From assembly GCA_030833905.1 (NCBI GenBank), contig JAURGG010000001.1, positions 19,411-83,410 on the forward strand: a DNA stretch of 64,000 bases, written 5' to 3'. The number at the start of each line of letters is the position of its first letter. The first letter of the stretch is position 1. The notes beneath the pieces were generated by a model. That model had not been told where the DNA came from. It saw only the letters and a program-made list of their open reading frames with translations, and made no database searches. Shown piece by piece: positions 33,761 through 42,906 of the stretch. The translations under genes and the position numbers were made by a program. This stretch comes from Schleiferiaceae bacterium (GTDB lineage: Bacteria; Bacteroidota; Bacteroidia; Flavobacteriales; Schleiferiaceae).

Positions 33761-34548
33761 GGTGCGATACTATCTCGTTCAGGTTGGTGCAGGTTCACCG
33801 CGGCGAGCACAACTTGCTGGCGCTGTAGGTCGGCGGCCAGTCGAATCGAAGCCGTAAGGGTAAATTGTAGGCTGTCTACAGTGACCGATTCCACGGTTCC
33901 GACGAGCCATCCGGCGGGGAATACGCTTGAGCGCGCGTCGGTGACGATGCGGTCTCCAGGCTTAAGCTCGGCCTCAATGGCCACGTCTACAAAGTCCGCG
34001 GTCCTAGGATTGGAACCGTTCCATTGAATGGTGCCAAAGTGCCCAGTTCGCTCAGCTGAGGCAGAAATCCGCATGCTCGGGTGGCTCAGCGGTCGAACTC
34101 TGGAATAGTGGGGCGTGCACTCGTAGGCGATGCCGATAATACCAGTCGATCCCAAGACCGCAAAAGGCGGTGTCAAGCCCGCATTTGTTCCCACGTCAAT
34201 GATTCCCCAAGGTTCTGCTGAGCGGTGCTCAATGAATAGTAAGCTACCTGGGGTGTAGGCGAACCCGCCTTCTTCATAGGTCGCGACCGAAGAGGAATCC
34301 ATCGGAACTCCGCTTTTGTAGCGGGCAATCTCAGCAATGAGTTGCTTGTTTTTCTCTTCAAGCGATAAGTAGGATTCCCAGCCGTGCAGCCATCCGCGCC
34401 ACTGAGCTTGGCGTTCAAGCACATTGGCCCAGAAAATACTCTCGTGGGCCAGTGATCGGGCGTATGTGAGGCTGAGTCCCAAAACTTGGAACAGCAATAA
34501 ACTCAGAACGATGCGGTAGCGAACAAAAAACCGCAGAATGTTCTGCAT
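33757..34548 (-). CDS. mreC: rod shape-determining protein MreC
   Basis: 263 aa with an N-terminal TM helix, a coiled coil (LEEKNKQLIAEIARYK) and beta-barrel domains. mreBCD order. Confidence 0.88.
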   Translation of the reverse strand: MQNILRFFVRYRIVLSLLLFQVLGLSLTYARSLAHESIFWANVLERQAQWRGWLHGWESYLSLEEKNKQLIAEIARYKSGVPMDSSSVATYEEGGFAYTPGSLLFIEHRSAEPWGIIDVGTNAGLTPPFAVLGSTGIIGIAYECTPHYSRVRPLSHPSMRISASAERTGHFGTIQWNGSNPRTADFVDVAIEAELKPGDRIVTDARSSVFPAGWLVGTVESVTVDSLQFTLTASIRLAADLQRQQVVLAAVNLHQPERDSIAP

Positions 34549-34551
34549 GGC

Positions 34552-35580
34552 TTAGCGCATCAAAAGCGTACGGTACTTCTCGAGGTTCTTGAGCGCGATG
34601 CCTGTCCCGCGCACCACGGCGCGAAGGGGATCCTCGGCTACGTACACGGGGAGGTCCGTTTTCGTTGAAATACGCTGGTCCAGGCCGCGAAGGAGCGATC
34701 CGCCACCAGCCATGTAAATTCCAGAGTTGTAAATGTCCGCCGAAAGCTCAGGGGGGGTAAGAGACAGTGCCTCCATCACGGCGTCCTCGATGCGGGTCAG
34801 GGACTTGTCGAGCGCGCGCGCAATTTCTTTGTACGAAATATCAACCTGCTTCGGTTTGCCTGAAATCAAGTCGCGGCCCTGAACGCTCATGTCGTCTGGT
34901 GGCGAGGCCAAGGTTTCGAGGGCAGCACCCACGTTGATTTTGATCAACTCGGCAGTACGGTCGCCCACAAATAGGTTGTGCTGTGTCCGCATGTAGTAGG
35001 CGATGTCGTTGGTGAATACGTCACCCGCAACCTTGATCGACTTGTCGCAGACAATTCCGCCCAGGGCAAGAACCGCGATTTCAGTGGTACCCCCACCGAT
35101 GTCGATGATCATGTTGCCTTTGGGCTCGAGCACGTCGACGCCGATTCCAATCGCGGCAGCCATGGGCTCGTGGATGAGGTAGACTTCTTTGGCGTTGGCG
35201 TGTTCGGCGGAATCGCGCACCGCGCGCTTTTCAACCTCGGTGATTCCGCTCGGAATGCAAATAACCATGCGAAGCGATGGCGCAAACCAGTTGTTCTTCA
35301 GGGCCGGAATACTCTTGATCATCTCGCGAATCATGTGCTCTGAAGCGACGAAGTCTGCAATAACTCCGTCTTTCAGTGGGCGTACAGTGCGAATGTTTTC
35401 GTGGGTCTTTCCGTGCATTTGCATGGCCTCGTGACCAATGGCCAAGATGGCATTGGTGGTGCGATCTAAAGCGACGATGGACGGAGCGTCTACGACCACT
35501 TTGTCGTTGTGGATGATCAACGTATTCGCCGTACCGAGGTCGATGGCGATGTCGTAGGTGAGGAAGTCAAATAGACCCAT
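34552..35580 (-). CDS. mreB: rod shape-determining protein MreB
   Basis: 342 aa: IAIDLGTANTLI..., GGGTTEIAV, the actin-like MreB signature. Confidence 0.97.
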   Translation of the reverse strand: MGLFDFLTYDIAIDLGTANTLIIHNDKVVVDAPSIVALDRTTNAILAIGHEAMQMHGKTHENIRTVRPLKDGVIADFVASEHMIREMIKSIPALKNNWFAPSLRMVICIPSGITEVEKRAVRDSAEHANAKEVYLIHEPMAAAIGIGVDVLEPKGNMIIDIGGGTTEIAVLALGGIVCDKSIKVAGDVFTNDIAYYMRTQHNLFVGDRTAELIKINVGAALETLASPPDDMSVQGRDLISGKPKQVDISYKEIARALDKSLTRIEDAVMEALSLTPPELSADIYNSGIYMAGGGSLLRGLDQRISTKTDLPVYVAEDPLRAVVRGTGIALKNLEKYRTLLMR

Positions 35581-35587
35581 TCGGGGA

Positions 35588-37099
35588 TTAGTGTTTGAAG
35601 TGTCGGAATCCGGTCATTACCATGGCCACGCCGTGCTCGTTGCAGTACTGAACGCTCAAATCATCCTTGACGCTTCCGCCAGGTTGGATGACCGCGGTAA
35701 TACCTGCTAAGTACGCAATTTCGACGCAATCAGGGAAGGGAAAAAATGCATCGGACGCCATTACGGCTCCGTCAAGTGAAAGTCCAAAGGACTGGGCCTT
35801 GTGAATGGCCTGCTGCAGCGCGTCCACGCGTGAGGTTTGGCCCGTTCCCGCGGCCAAGAGCTGGCGATTTTTGACCAGAACAATGGTGTTGCTCTTGGTG
35901 TGCTTCCCAATCGCTGAGGCATAAAGCATGTCAGCTACCTGTTCGGGGGTCGGAACCGCATTCGTCACCACCTTAAGGTCTTCAGAGGCATCGGTGTGGT
36001 GGTCGCGTTCTTGAATGAGCACGCCGTTGAGCACCGAGCGAACGCGGTAGTGCGCACTCGCTTCGGGCTTCACTGTGACCAAGATGCGGTTCTTTTTGGA
36101 CTGAAGTACTTCAAGGGCTTCGTCACTGTAGCTCGGGGCGAGGAGCACCTCAAAAAACAGCGAGTTCATGGCCTCTGCCGTAGCGAGGTCCAAGGGTTGG
36201 TTGCACGCGATTACTCCGCCGAAGGCAGAAACGGGATCCGCAGAAAGTGCGTCGTTCCACGCTTCGAGTAGGGTGGGGCGGCTGGCCATTCCGCACGCGT
36301 TGTTGTGCTTGATGATAGCGACCGTGGCGTCGTGACCTTCGCTGACAAAGTCGAGCGCGGCCTCGACGTCAAGAAGGTTGTTGTAGCTGAGCTCTTTTCC
36401 GTGAATTTGCTCAAGTCTGCTTGAAAGGTCGCCGACGTACCATGCCTTTTGGTGCGGATTTTCTCCGTAGCGCAGACTGCGTCGGCCGCCCATCAGCGTT
36501 GGGAAGGGGTGATCCTGGCCAAGCGTCCACGATGCAATGTGTGCATCGTAGTTCTGGCTTGTCTGAAAGGCTGCGCCGGCAAATGCTTTGCGCTGGTCGC
36601 GGGTCAGAGTTCCGCCCTGCGACTGGAGCAGTTCGAGCACTTCGGCGTACTGAGCGCGCGAACTGACAATCCAACAGTGGTCAAAATTCTTTGCCGCGGC
36701 ACGGATCAGCGAAATTCCGCCAATATCAATCTTCTCAATGATGTCCTCTTCTGATGCCCCCGATGCCACCGTGTCCTCAAAAGGATAGAGGTCGACGATG
36801 ACCATGTCAAAACTGGGAATGCCAAAGCGTTCCACAGTGTCTTGGTCGTCTTTGCGGTCGCGGCGCCAAAGGATTCCGCCAAAAACCATCGGGTGAAGCG
36901 TTTTTACGCGGCCGTCTAAAATGCTTGGGAAGCCCGTAACTGTCTCTACTGCAGTAACTGGTATGCCCAAGCTCTCGATAAACGACTGGGTGCCGCCAGT
37001 GCTGTACAATTTAACTCCAAGTGTGTGGAGGTGCTGAACAATTGGCTCGAGGCCATCTTTGTGGTAAACTGAAATGAGGGCGGATTTTACCTGCTGCAC
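35588..37099 (-). CDS. purH: bifunctional AICAR transformylase / IMP cyclohydrolase
   Basis: 503 aa with a GTG start, MGS-like N-terminus (ALISVYHKDGL) and AICARFT domain ending MTGFRHFKH. Confidence 0.96.
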   Translation of the reverse strand: MQQVKSALISVYHKDGLEPIVQHLHTLGVKLYSTGGTQSFIESLGIPVTAVETVTGFPSILDGRVKTLHPMVFGGILWRRDRKDDQDTVERFGIPSFDMVIVDLYPFEDTVASGASEEDIIEKIDIGGISLIRAAAKNFDHCWIVSSRAQYAEVLELLQSQGGTLTRDQRKAFAGAAFQTSQNYDAHIASWTLGQDHPFPTLMGGRRSLRYGENPHQKAWYVGDLSSRLEQIHGKELSYNNLLDVEAALDFVSEGHDATVAIIKHNNACGMASRPTLLEAWNDALSADPVSAFGGVIACNQPLDLATAEAMNSLFFEVLLAPSYSDEALEVLQSKKNRILVTVKPEASAHYRVRSVLNGVLIQERDHHTDASEDLKVVTNAVPTPEQVADMLYASAIGKHTKSNTIVLVKNRQLLAAGTGQTSRVDALQQAIHKAQSFGLSLDGAVMASDAFFPFPDCVEIAYLAGITAVIQPGGSVKDDLSVQYCNEHGVAMVMTGFRHFKH

Positions 37100-37130
37100 G
37101 TCGTACTAAAAATTGAGTCAAGAAAGGTTG

Positions 37131-37138
37131 CAAAAGTA
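37131..37138 (-). promoter_or_regulatory. -7 box TACTTTTG, 31 nt upstream of the purH start
   Basis: Exact TAnnTTTG match on the minus strand. Likely promoter of the purH-mreBCD-mrdA-rodA string. Confidence 0.5.
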
Positions 37139-37175
37139 CGGCGAACATGGCATGAACTTTGACTAAATTGCCCCT

Positions 37176-38426
37176 GTGCGCCACCTATTTTTTCTAATTT
37201 GGGAATCCACCCGTTTGGCATGGTCTGCGATGACTGCCAACATCCTTCGCACCGTACTCTCTCTCTTGGGGATTGCGGTCGGAATCTTTTCCATTATCTC
37301 CGTGTATGCGGTCGTAGATAGCCTTGAGCGCAGCATTCGCTCGAGCGTTCAGGGCCTCGGATCCGACGTGGTGTACATTCAAAAATGGCCTTGGGGTGGG
37401 GGCGGAGGCGAGTACGAATGGTGGAAGTACTTCCAGCGCCCTGAAGTTGGCTACCTCGACTACCAGCGCCTAGAGGAATTTGGAGTAAAAGGTTCCGATG
37501 CCATTGTTCTTTTGAACGGAACCACAACCACTGTAAGCTCCGGCAACTCAAACGTCGAGCAAACTGAGATACGAGGAATCACCTACGACTATGCCCAGTT
37601 GAACAAACTCGGTTTTGCTGTAGGGCGCTACTTTACCGAACGCGAACTACGCAGCGGGCTGCCGTACTGCATTGTCGGTGCAGATATCGCCGATGGACTG
37701 GCGTCAAGCGCGCAACTCGTGGGCAGCTCCATTCGAATTCTGGGCCGCGACTTTCAGGTGATTGGCGTCCTTGAGCGCGAGGGTAGTTCGTTGGTTGGCG
37801 AAACCCACGATTCGAGAGTTTTAGTGCCTGCCCGTTGGGTGGTTGCCAACATCGGCGATGAACTGGGCGGATCCGCAATACAGGTACGTGCCGCGTCCGG
37901 GACCACGGTGGCCCAACTCAAAGAGAATGTACGTGTCGTTATGCGCAAGATTCGGCGCCAACCGCCCTCTGCCGACGATTCGTTTGCCCTCAATGAATCG
38001 TCTACCTTGAGTTCGGGCTTGGACCAAATGTTTGGAGTGATCGGCCTTGCGGGTACAGTCATCGGCGGATTCAGCATCCTTGTCGGCGGTTTTGGAATCG
38101 CCAACATCATGTTTGTGAGCGTTCGCGAACGCACGGGGCAAATCGGGGTTCAAAAGGCATTGGGGGCTACCCGTGGATTCATCCTTGCTCAGTTTTTGCT
38201 TGAGAGTGTGCTGTTGAGTTTAGTGGGCGGAATTATAGGTCTAGCCTTTGCCGGAACCTTAATCGCGGTCGGTGCCGCGGTATCAGACTTCGAGCTTGCG
38301 GTTTCGGTTCAAAACATTGCCACCGGAATCGGCCTCTCAGCCCTCATCGGTCTCATCGCGGGATATGCCCCCGCTGAAATGGCTGCGCGACTCGACCCCG
38401 TTGAGGCCATTCGCTTCAACCAATAG
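37176..38426 (+). CDS. ABC transporter permease, FtsX/MacB-like
   Basis: 416 aa with an N-terminal TM helix, a large periplasmic MacB_PCD-like domain and a C-terminal FtsX 3-TM bundle. No ATPase gene adjacent. Confidence 0.85.
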   Translation: MRHLFFLIWESTRLAWSAMTANILRTVLSLLGIAVGIFSIISVYAVVDSLERSIRSSVQGLGSDVVYIQKWPWGGGGGEYEWWKYFQRPEVGYLDYQRLEEFGVKGSDAIVLLNGTTTTVSSGNSNVEQTEIRGITYDYAQLNKLGFAVGRYFTERELRSGLPYCIVGADIADGLASSAQLVGSSIRILGRDFQVIGVLEREGSSLVGETHDSRVLVPARWVVANIGDELGGSAIQVRAASGTTVAQLKENVRVVMRKIRRQPPSADDSFALNESSTLSSGLDQMFGVIGLAGTVIGGFSILVGGFGIANIMFVSVRERTGQIGVQKALGATRGFILAQFLLESVLLSLVGGIIGLAFAGTLIAVGAAVSDFELAVSVQNIATGIGLSALIGLIAGYAPAEMAARLDPVEAIRFNQ

Positions 38427-38880
38427 AAGCGGCCTCGGGCATCGTGCCAATGGCGTGCGCCAGGGCCTCCAGAAGTTCATGGTCCGCCGAACTAAATGGA
38501 TCCACAAAGTGGCTGTCAATATCGATTTGCCCGATGAGTCGAGTGCCTTGGTAAATGGGGACCACCAATTCAGACTTGGTCTCCATCGAGCACGCTAAGT
38601 AGTTGTCTTGGGCCCAAACATCCGGAACCTCAAACGACGCACCACTCACCGCTACCTGGCCACAAATTCCGCGACCGTACGGAATCCGCGTATGCTCTGT
38701 TTCAGCCCCAGCAAACGGCCCCAGGTACAGGGTCTTTTCGGCGTCGTTCATCCAGTAAATCCCCACCCATTGGTAGTGCGCCACGCGCTCTTTGAGTAGT
38801 TCGCATGCGGAACCAATTCCGCCCCACCCCTCAGACTCGAGGATGCGAAGTGCGTCGTGCCGAATACTGTCCCAGTTCAT
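38416..38880 (-). CDS. GAF domain protein (free methionine-R-sulfoxide reductase-like)
   Basis: 154 aa: WVGIYW...GPFAG..TRIPYGRGICGQVA...IDIDS, the YebR/MsrC-type GAF pattern. Confidence 0.8.
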   Translation of the reverse strand: MNWDSIRHDALRILESEGWGGIGSACELLKERVAHYQWVGIYWMNDAEKTLYLGPFAGAETEHTRIPYGRGICGQVAVSGASFEVPDVWAQDNYLACSMETKSELVVPIYQGTRLIGQIDIDSHFVDPFSSADHELLEALAHAIGTMPEAASIG

Positions 38881-39236
38881 TGGTTGTCAAGTAAATAAAT
38901 ACATAATTTCGGTCCCAAAATTAGGAGGCCCACTACGGCAGCTGCAATTGCTGCCACGAGTACCGATGCGGCGGCAAAATCCTTGGCATCACGAATGAGC
39001 GGGTGCCGTTTTGTGCTCACACGGTCAGCAAGTTGTTCCAATGCAGAATTCGCATATTCTGCTGCGAGCACCATGCCCATCGCTAGGGTCAAAATTGCCC
39101 ATTCCACGCCCGATACACGCAGCATCCAACCGAGGCCAATCACCGCAAAGGCGGCCACGCTGTGCACTTTTAAATGGCGTTCGGTGCGCCATGCTACGAT
39201 GATTCCTCGGGCCGCTGCCCGCCATGCGTTCCACAT
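38877..39236 (-). CDS. dgkA: diacylglycerol kinase (DgkA family)
   Basis: 119 aa with three TM helices and motifs ERHLKVH, EYANSALE, RDAKD.AAA. Confidence 0.88.
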   Translation of the reverse strand: MWNAWRAAARGIIVAWRTERHLKVHSVAAFAVIGLGWMLRVSGVEWAILTLAMGMVLAAEYANSALEQLADRVSTKRHPLIRDAKDFAAASVLVAAIAAAVVGLLILGPKLCIYLLDNQ

Positions 39237-39240
39237 ACTG

Positions 39241-39248
39241 CAAACCTA
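39241..39248 (-). promoter_or_regulatory. -7 box TAGGTTTG, 4 nt upstream of the dgkA ATG
   Basis: The minus strand reads TAGGTTTG-CAGT-ATG. Confidence 0.5.
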
Positions 39249-39339
39249 CGGCAGGCTTCGTTCGTTCACCGAAGTCCATCGCGAAAGCAGTGCCACGTCC
39301 CCCTTTCATGAAAAACCGAGGCCTTCAGGTGGGCTGTCG

Positions 39340-39347
39340 TACTTTTG
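39340..39347 (+). promoter_or_regulatory. -7 box TACTTTTG, 24 nt upstream of the first T9SS cassette gene
   Basis: Exact TAnnTTTG match. It is the only such box I found between 39237 and 44810 on this strand in non-coding sequence. Confidence 0.5.
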
Positions 39348-39371
39348 TTAGGTAATAGTTAACCCTCGTCC

Positions 39372-41426
39372 ATGAATCTTCGCCTACGCATCCTTGCGGC
39401 TCTAGCCTCCCTCATCCTAGGGTTTGAAGGAGCTGCCCAGTCCCTCTCGATGGTCCAGACCGCCAACCTGTCGAAGTGCACGGGTGACTCGCTTCGCCTT
39501 GAACTCAATGTCACAGGGTCAAATATGAGTGCGACCAATCATTTTCGAGTAATGATTGCTCCTGGGATGCCGTCTTCATTTGCGGTTTCGAATTCCGATA
39601 CCCTTGATATTGCCAAATGGCGCTCAGTGTTTCCATTGCCGGTCGGAACAGACACGAACTCGTTAGGGGCCAAATACGTCTGGGTAATTATTTCAGACAG
39701 CATTACTACGAGCGGATTCTATTCAATTGTAATTCAGTCTACGTCTCCGGTACTGTGGAGCGACACCATTCAAGTCCTTGTGAATGTGAGTCCGCCCGCT
39801 CAAATTACGTCAATCTCAGGCGGTTTTGACAACCTTCACACGGGTGGACCCGACTGGGGTTTGTGCCTCAACGACACGCTGACGCTCTACGCTAATACAG
39901 GTCAAAATGGCTACCAGTGGTACAAGGACGGCACCTTAATGGCTGGCGAAACCAACGACTCACTCCTCGTATACAATTCAGGTACCTACAGTATTGAGGT
40001 GAGTAACGGTGTCTGTACGAAGATGTCTGCGGATACGATCATCAACGTATTTCAACCAACTACTTCAGTGGTGCATAAGCCAGGCGGCATGCAAACCATT
40101 CAGGTTTTGGATAAGGATGCCGTCATCGACTCGGTGGGTTTTTGCGAAACTGAATTCATTCAGCTCGAGGGACCAACCTCGTTCACTACCGGAACGTCGG
40201 TGCTTTACCAATGGATGCGCGATTCAATTGGCCTATTTGGCCAGACTTTTGTCGTACCTGTTCAAGGTGCGAATCAAGTTATCTTGAGTACCAACGAGGG
40301 AGGAGTTTACTACCTCGAGACGGTATGGTTACCAGGTGGCTGCCCCGATACAAGTGATGCATTTTGGCTTTTTGTGGACTCAATTCCTGATACTGAAATT
40401 CAGGCGGTGGCATGGCCAGGTCAAACGACGGCGAGCCTAACGATCTGTGAAAATGACTCCACTCAGTTGGCCGCAATGGTATCTCAAGGTTCGTGGACCT
40501 ACCAATGGCAAGTTCGCTTTCCTGCTGGCAGCGGAAACTGGACCTCGATTCCGAACGAGACCTCAGACAAGCTCACGGTGTCGACCGCGATCGTTTCAGG
40601 AAGTGCCGAATACCGTTTAATTATCGACAACGACTACTGTAGCCATACGACGAGCGAGCTCCTTGTTAACGTAGTGAAGCTTCCCACCATCGCGGTGGCT
40701 CCAGCCGATTCGCTGGCCCTGTGTGCCGGTGATTCTGTACTCGTGGGAGTAACAGGCAGCAGTACGAGCTACCTCTGGACCTTCCCAGGTGGAAGCTACA
40801 ACGGCGCATCCTTTTACGCGAAAACACCAGGTGTGTACGTAGTGGCCGGAACAAACTCGAACGGCTGCGTGAACTACGACACTCTCGAGGTATTCTACTT
40901 TACGGTGAATGCCAATGCAGGTCCGGACCAGACGGTTCTACCGGGATCGACCGTACAGCTTAATGCGACGGGCGGACTTTTGTACTACTGGTACGCTGAT
41001 GTTCCGACCTACTTCAGCGATCCATACAATCCAAATGCACAGACGGTTCCGACCCAAGACACGACGATGTACGTAGTTGAAGTGCTCAATTCTTACGGTT
41101 GCTTCGACACCGATACGATGTTTGTATACACGTTTGACCCTGCTACATTGGTTCCGGACCTCAGCAACGTGATGAACGTGATCACGCCAAATGGTGACGG
41201 ATACAATGACGTTTTTGACCTCAGTGAGCTCGTTCGTGCAGACAGCTGCGACCTTTTGGTACTTGACCGCTGGGGTGCCCAGGTGTTTGAGCAAAAGCGC
41301 TACATCTCTGGCTGGGATGGTTCGACCCAAGGTGGCGATCCGCTGCCCGACGGAACCTACTACTACCTCCTCGTGTGCGACGACATTATCCGCTTCCGCG
41401 GAGCCATCACCGTAGTTCGCCCTTAA
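39372..41426 (+). CDS. secreted T9SS type-B C-terminal-domain protein with Ig-like YQW repeats
   Basis: 684 aa with a signal peptide and repeated ~90-aa units containing C...YQW[YMQ]. The C-terminus is DLSNVMNVITPNGDGYNDVFDL...DGTYYYLL...ITVVRP. Confidence 0.85.
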   Translation: MNLRLRILAALASLILGFEGAAQSLSMVQTANLSKCTGDSLRLELNVTGSNMSATNHFRVMIAPGMPSSFAVSNSDTLDIAKWRSVFPLPVGTDTNSLGAKYVWVIISDSITTSGFYSIVIQSTSPVLWSDTIQVLVNVSPPAQITSISGGFDNLHTGGPDWGLCLNDTLTLYANTGQNGYQWYKDGTLMAGETNDSLLVYNSGTYSIEVSNGVCTKMSADTIINVFQPTTSVVHKPGGMQTIQVLDKDAVIDSVGFCETEFIQLEGPTSFTTGTSVLYQWMRDSIGLFGQTFVVPVQGANQVILSTNEGGVYYLETVWLPGGCPDTSDAFWLFVDSIPDTEIQAVAWPGQTTASLTICENDSTQLAAMVSQGSWTYQWQVRFPAGSGNWTSIPNETSDKLTVSTAIVSGSAEYRLIIDNDYCSHTTSELLVNVVKLPTIAVAPADSLALCAGDSVLVGVTGSSTSYLWTFPGGSYNGASFYAKTPGVYVVAGTNSNGCVNYDTLEVFYFTVNANAGPDQTVLPGSTVQLNATGGLLYYWYADVPTYFSDPYNPNAQTVPTQDTTMYVVEVLNSYGCFDTDTMFVYTFDPATLVPDLSNVMNVITPNGDGYNDVFDLSELVRADSCDLLVLDRWGAQVFEQKRYISGWDGSTQGGDPLPDGTYYYLLVCDDIIRFRGAITVVRP

Positions 41427-41445
41427 CCTTTTACGCTCCATTTTT

Positions 41446-42906
41446 ATGAAGAAGATCATTCTCTTTACTGCAGTACTCGGTTGTTCGGGCACGCTCGCGG
41501 CTCAGCAGCTCCCGCTGTACAGTCATTTGTTTTTCGCTCAAGCGATGGTGAATCCCGCCAAGAGCGGAGCCGCAGGCTTTAGCGAGCTCGTCACCATGCA
41601 CCGCCAGCAGTGGCAGGGCATGGAGGGTGCGCCTGAGACGTCTGCGCTCCTGTTCAACGGTGCAACGAATAAAGAGCGCGTCGGGTATTCCGTGTATGCA
41701 TTTACTGATGCTACGGATATTGTGCGTCGTTCCGGAATCTACGGCCACTACGCGTACCACGCTCAACTTTCTGAGAATGCCGTATTGAGTTTCGGATTGG
41801 GAGCCGGCTACGTCAACAATACGTTTGATATGGCGAGCATTCGCGTCAAGAACGAGGGAGACCCCTTCCTCTTCCCATCAAACACGAACGGTTCGCTTGA
41901 CATTAATGCGGGTATCAACCTCAAGGTTGAGAACTTCCAAATGGGAGTTGCTGTACCTCAGTTGCTTCAGCCGACGATTACCTACTCGAACAACTACGAC
42001 GGTCCGGTGGCCTTTCATTTGATCCGTCACTACGTCGTTCACACGCAGTACGACCTTCCGATTCAAAAAGACCGCATGACCCTTTCGCCCATGGTGGTTG
42101 TTCGTGCGGCCAACCATGTGACCCCTCAAGTGGACGCGGGCTTGATGTTCAACATGAAGGAGTACGGCTACCTCGGAGCCCTGTACCGTTCCAACTTTGG
42201 TGCCTCGGCTCAGATCGGTGTTCACCTTACTCCGCTCTTAACCCTAGGTTATGCCCACGACTTCAGCACGAACACCTTTGCCACGTCCCTCGGCGTGTCC
42301 AATGAATTTATTTTGACCTACCGATTCGGAGACAACAAGCGAAACGACCGAATCGAGGCTGAAATCAAGCGATTGAAGGATAAGCAGCGCCAGGCTGATC
42401 AAAACAACGAGAAGCTCCTCAACGAAAAGTTTGAAGAGTTCAAAGAAGAACTCGAAACAGCGAATAAAAAGCAGCTTGAGGCACAGTCAGAACAGATTGC
42501 TCAGGCAACGGCGCTTAAGCTTCAGGAGGCTGGCGCACAAGGTGGCGGCGTTCGCGGTCAGGCTGCACAGCGCACACCAAATGCTTCAACGTCGGCCCCT
42601 GCGGGTACGGTGACCAACGGCAGCATCCGCGGCTATTCAGCTGATGCCTATGCCGACCGCGTAGCACCAGGATCGGCAGGCTACTACGTGACTGCCGGAG
42701 TGTACGGCGAGCAAGAGAATGCCGACCGCATGGTTCAAAAGCTCAAGGGACTCGGCATCAGCGCACGCACCTTCCGCGACCCCAAGAACAACATGGTCTA
42801 CGTCTACGTACTCAAGTTTGGCTCGTACGAAGAGGCTTCGACCGCACGCCAAAGCAGCCTCAACGGTCAGTACACTGGCAAACTTTGGGTTAAAGTCATT
42901 CAGTAA
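41446..42906 (+). CDS. PorP/SprF-family T9SS membrane protein fused to a coiled coil and a SPOR-like domain
   Basis: 486 aa. Signal peptide then QQLPLYSHLFF..NPA start and a beta-barrel pattern to aa ~294. A K/E/Q-rich coiled coil spans aa ~297-365. The C-terminal ~75 aa are GYYVTAGVYGEQENADRMVQKLKGLGISARTF...YVYVLKFGSYEEASTARQ (SPOR-like). Confidence 0.8.
   Translation: MKKIILFTAVLGCSGTLAAQQLPLYSHLFFAQAMVNPAKSGAAGFSELVTMHRQQWQGMEGAPETSALLFNGATNKERVGYSVYAFTDATDIVRRSGIYGHYAYHAQLSENAVLSFGLGAGYVNNTFDMASIRVKNEGDPFLFPSNTNGSLDINAGINLKVENFQMGVAVPQLLQPTITYSNNYDGPVAFHLIRHYVVHTQYDLPIQKDRMTLSPMVVVRAANHVTPQVDAGLMFNMKEYGYLGALYRSNFGASAQIGVHLTPLLTLGYAHDFSTNTFATSLGVSNEFILTYRFGDNKRNDRIEAEIKRLKDKQRQADQNNEKLLNEKFEEFKEELETANKKQLEAQSEQIAQATALKLQEAGAQGGGVRGQAAQRTPNASTSAPAGTVTNGSIRGYSADAYADRVAPGSAGYYVTAGVYGEQENADRMVQKLKGLGISARTFRDPKNNMVYVYVLKFGSYEEASTARQSSLNGQYTGKLWVKVIQ

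Noticed and set aside
40938-41492. 184-aa minus-strand ORF across the junction of two T9SS cassette genes
   Set aside because: It lies antisense to two well-supported genes and crosses their intergenic gap. No motifs.
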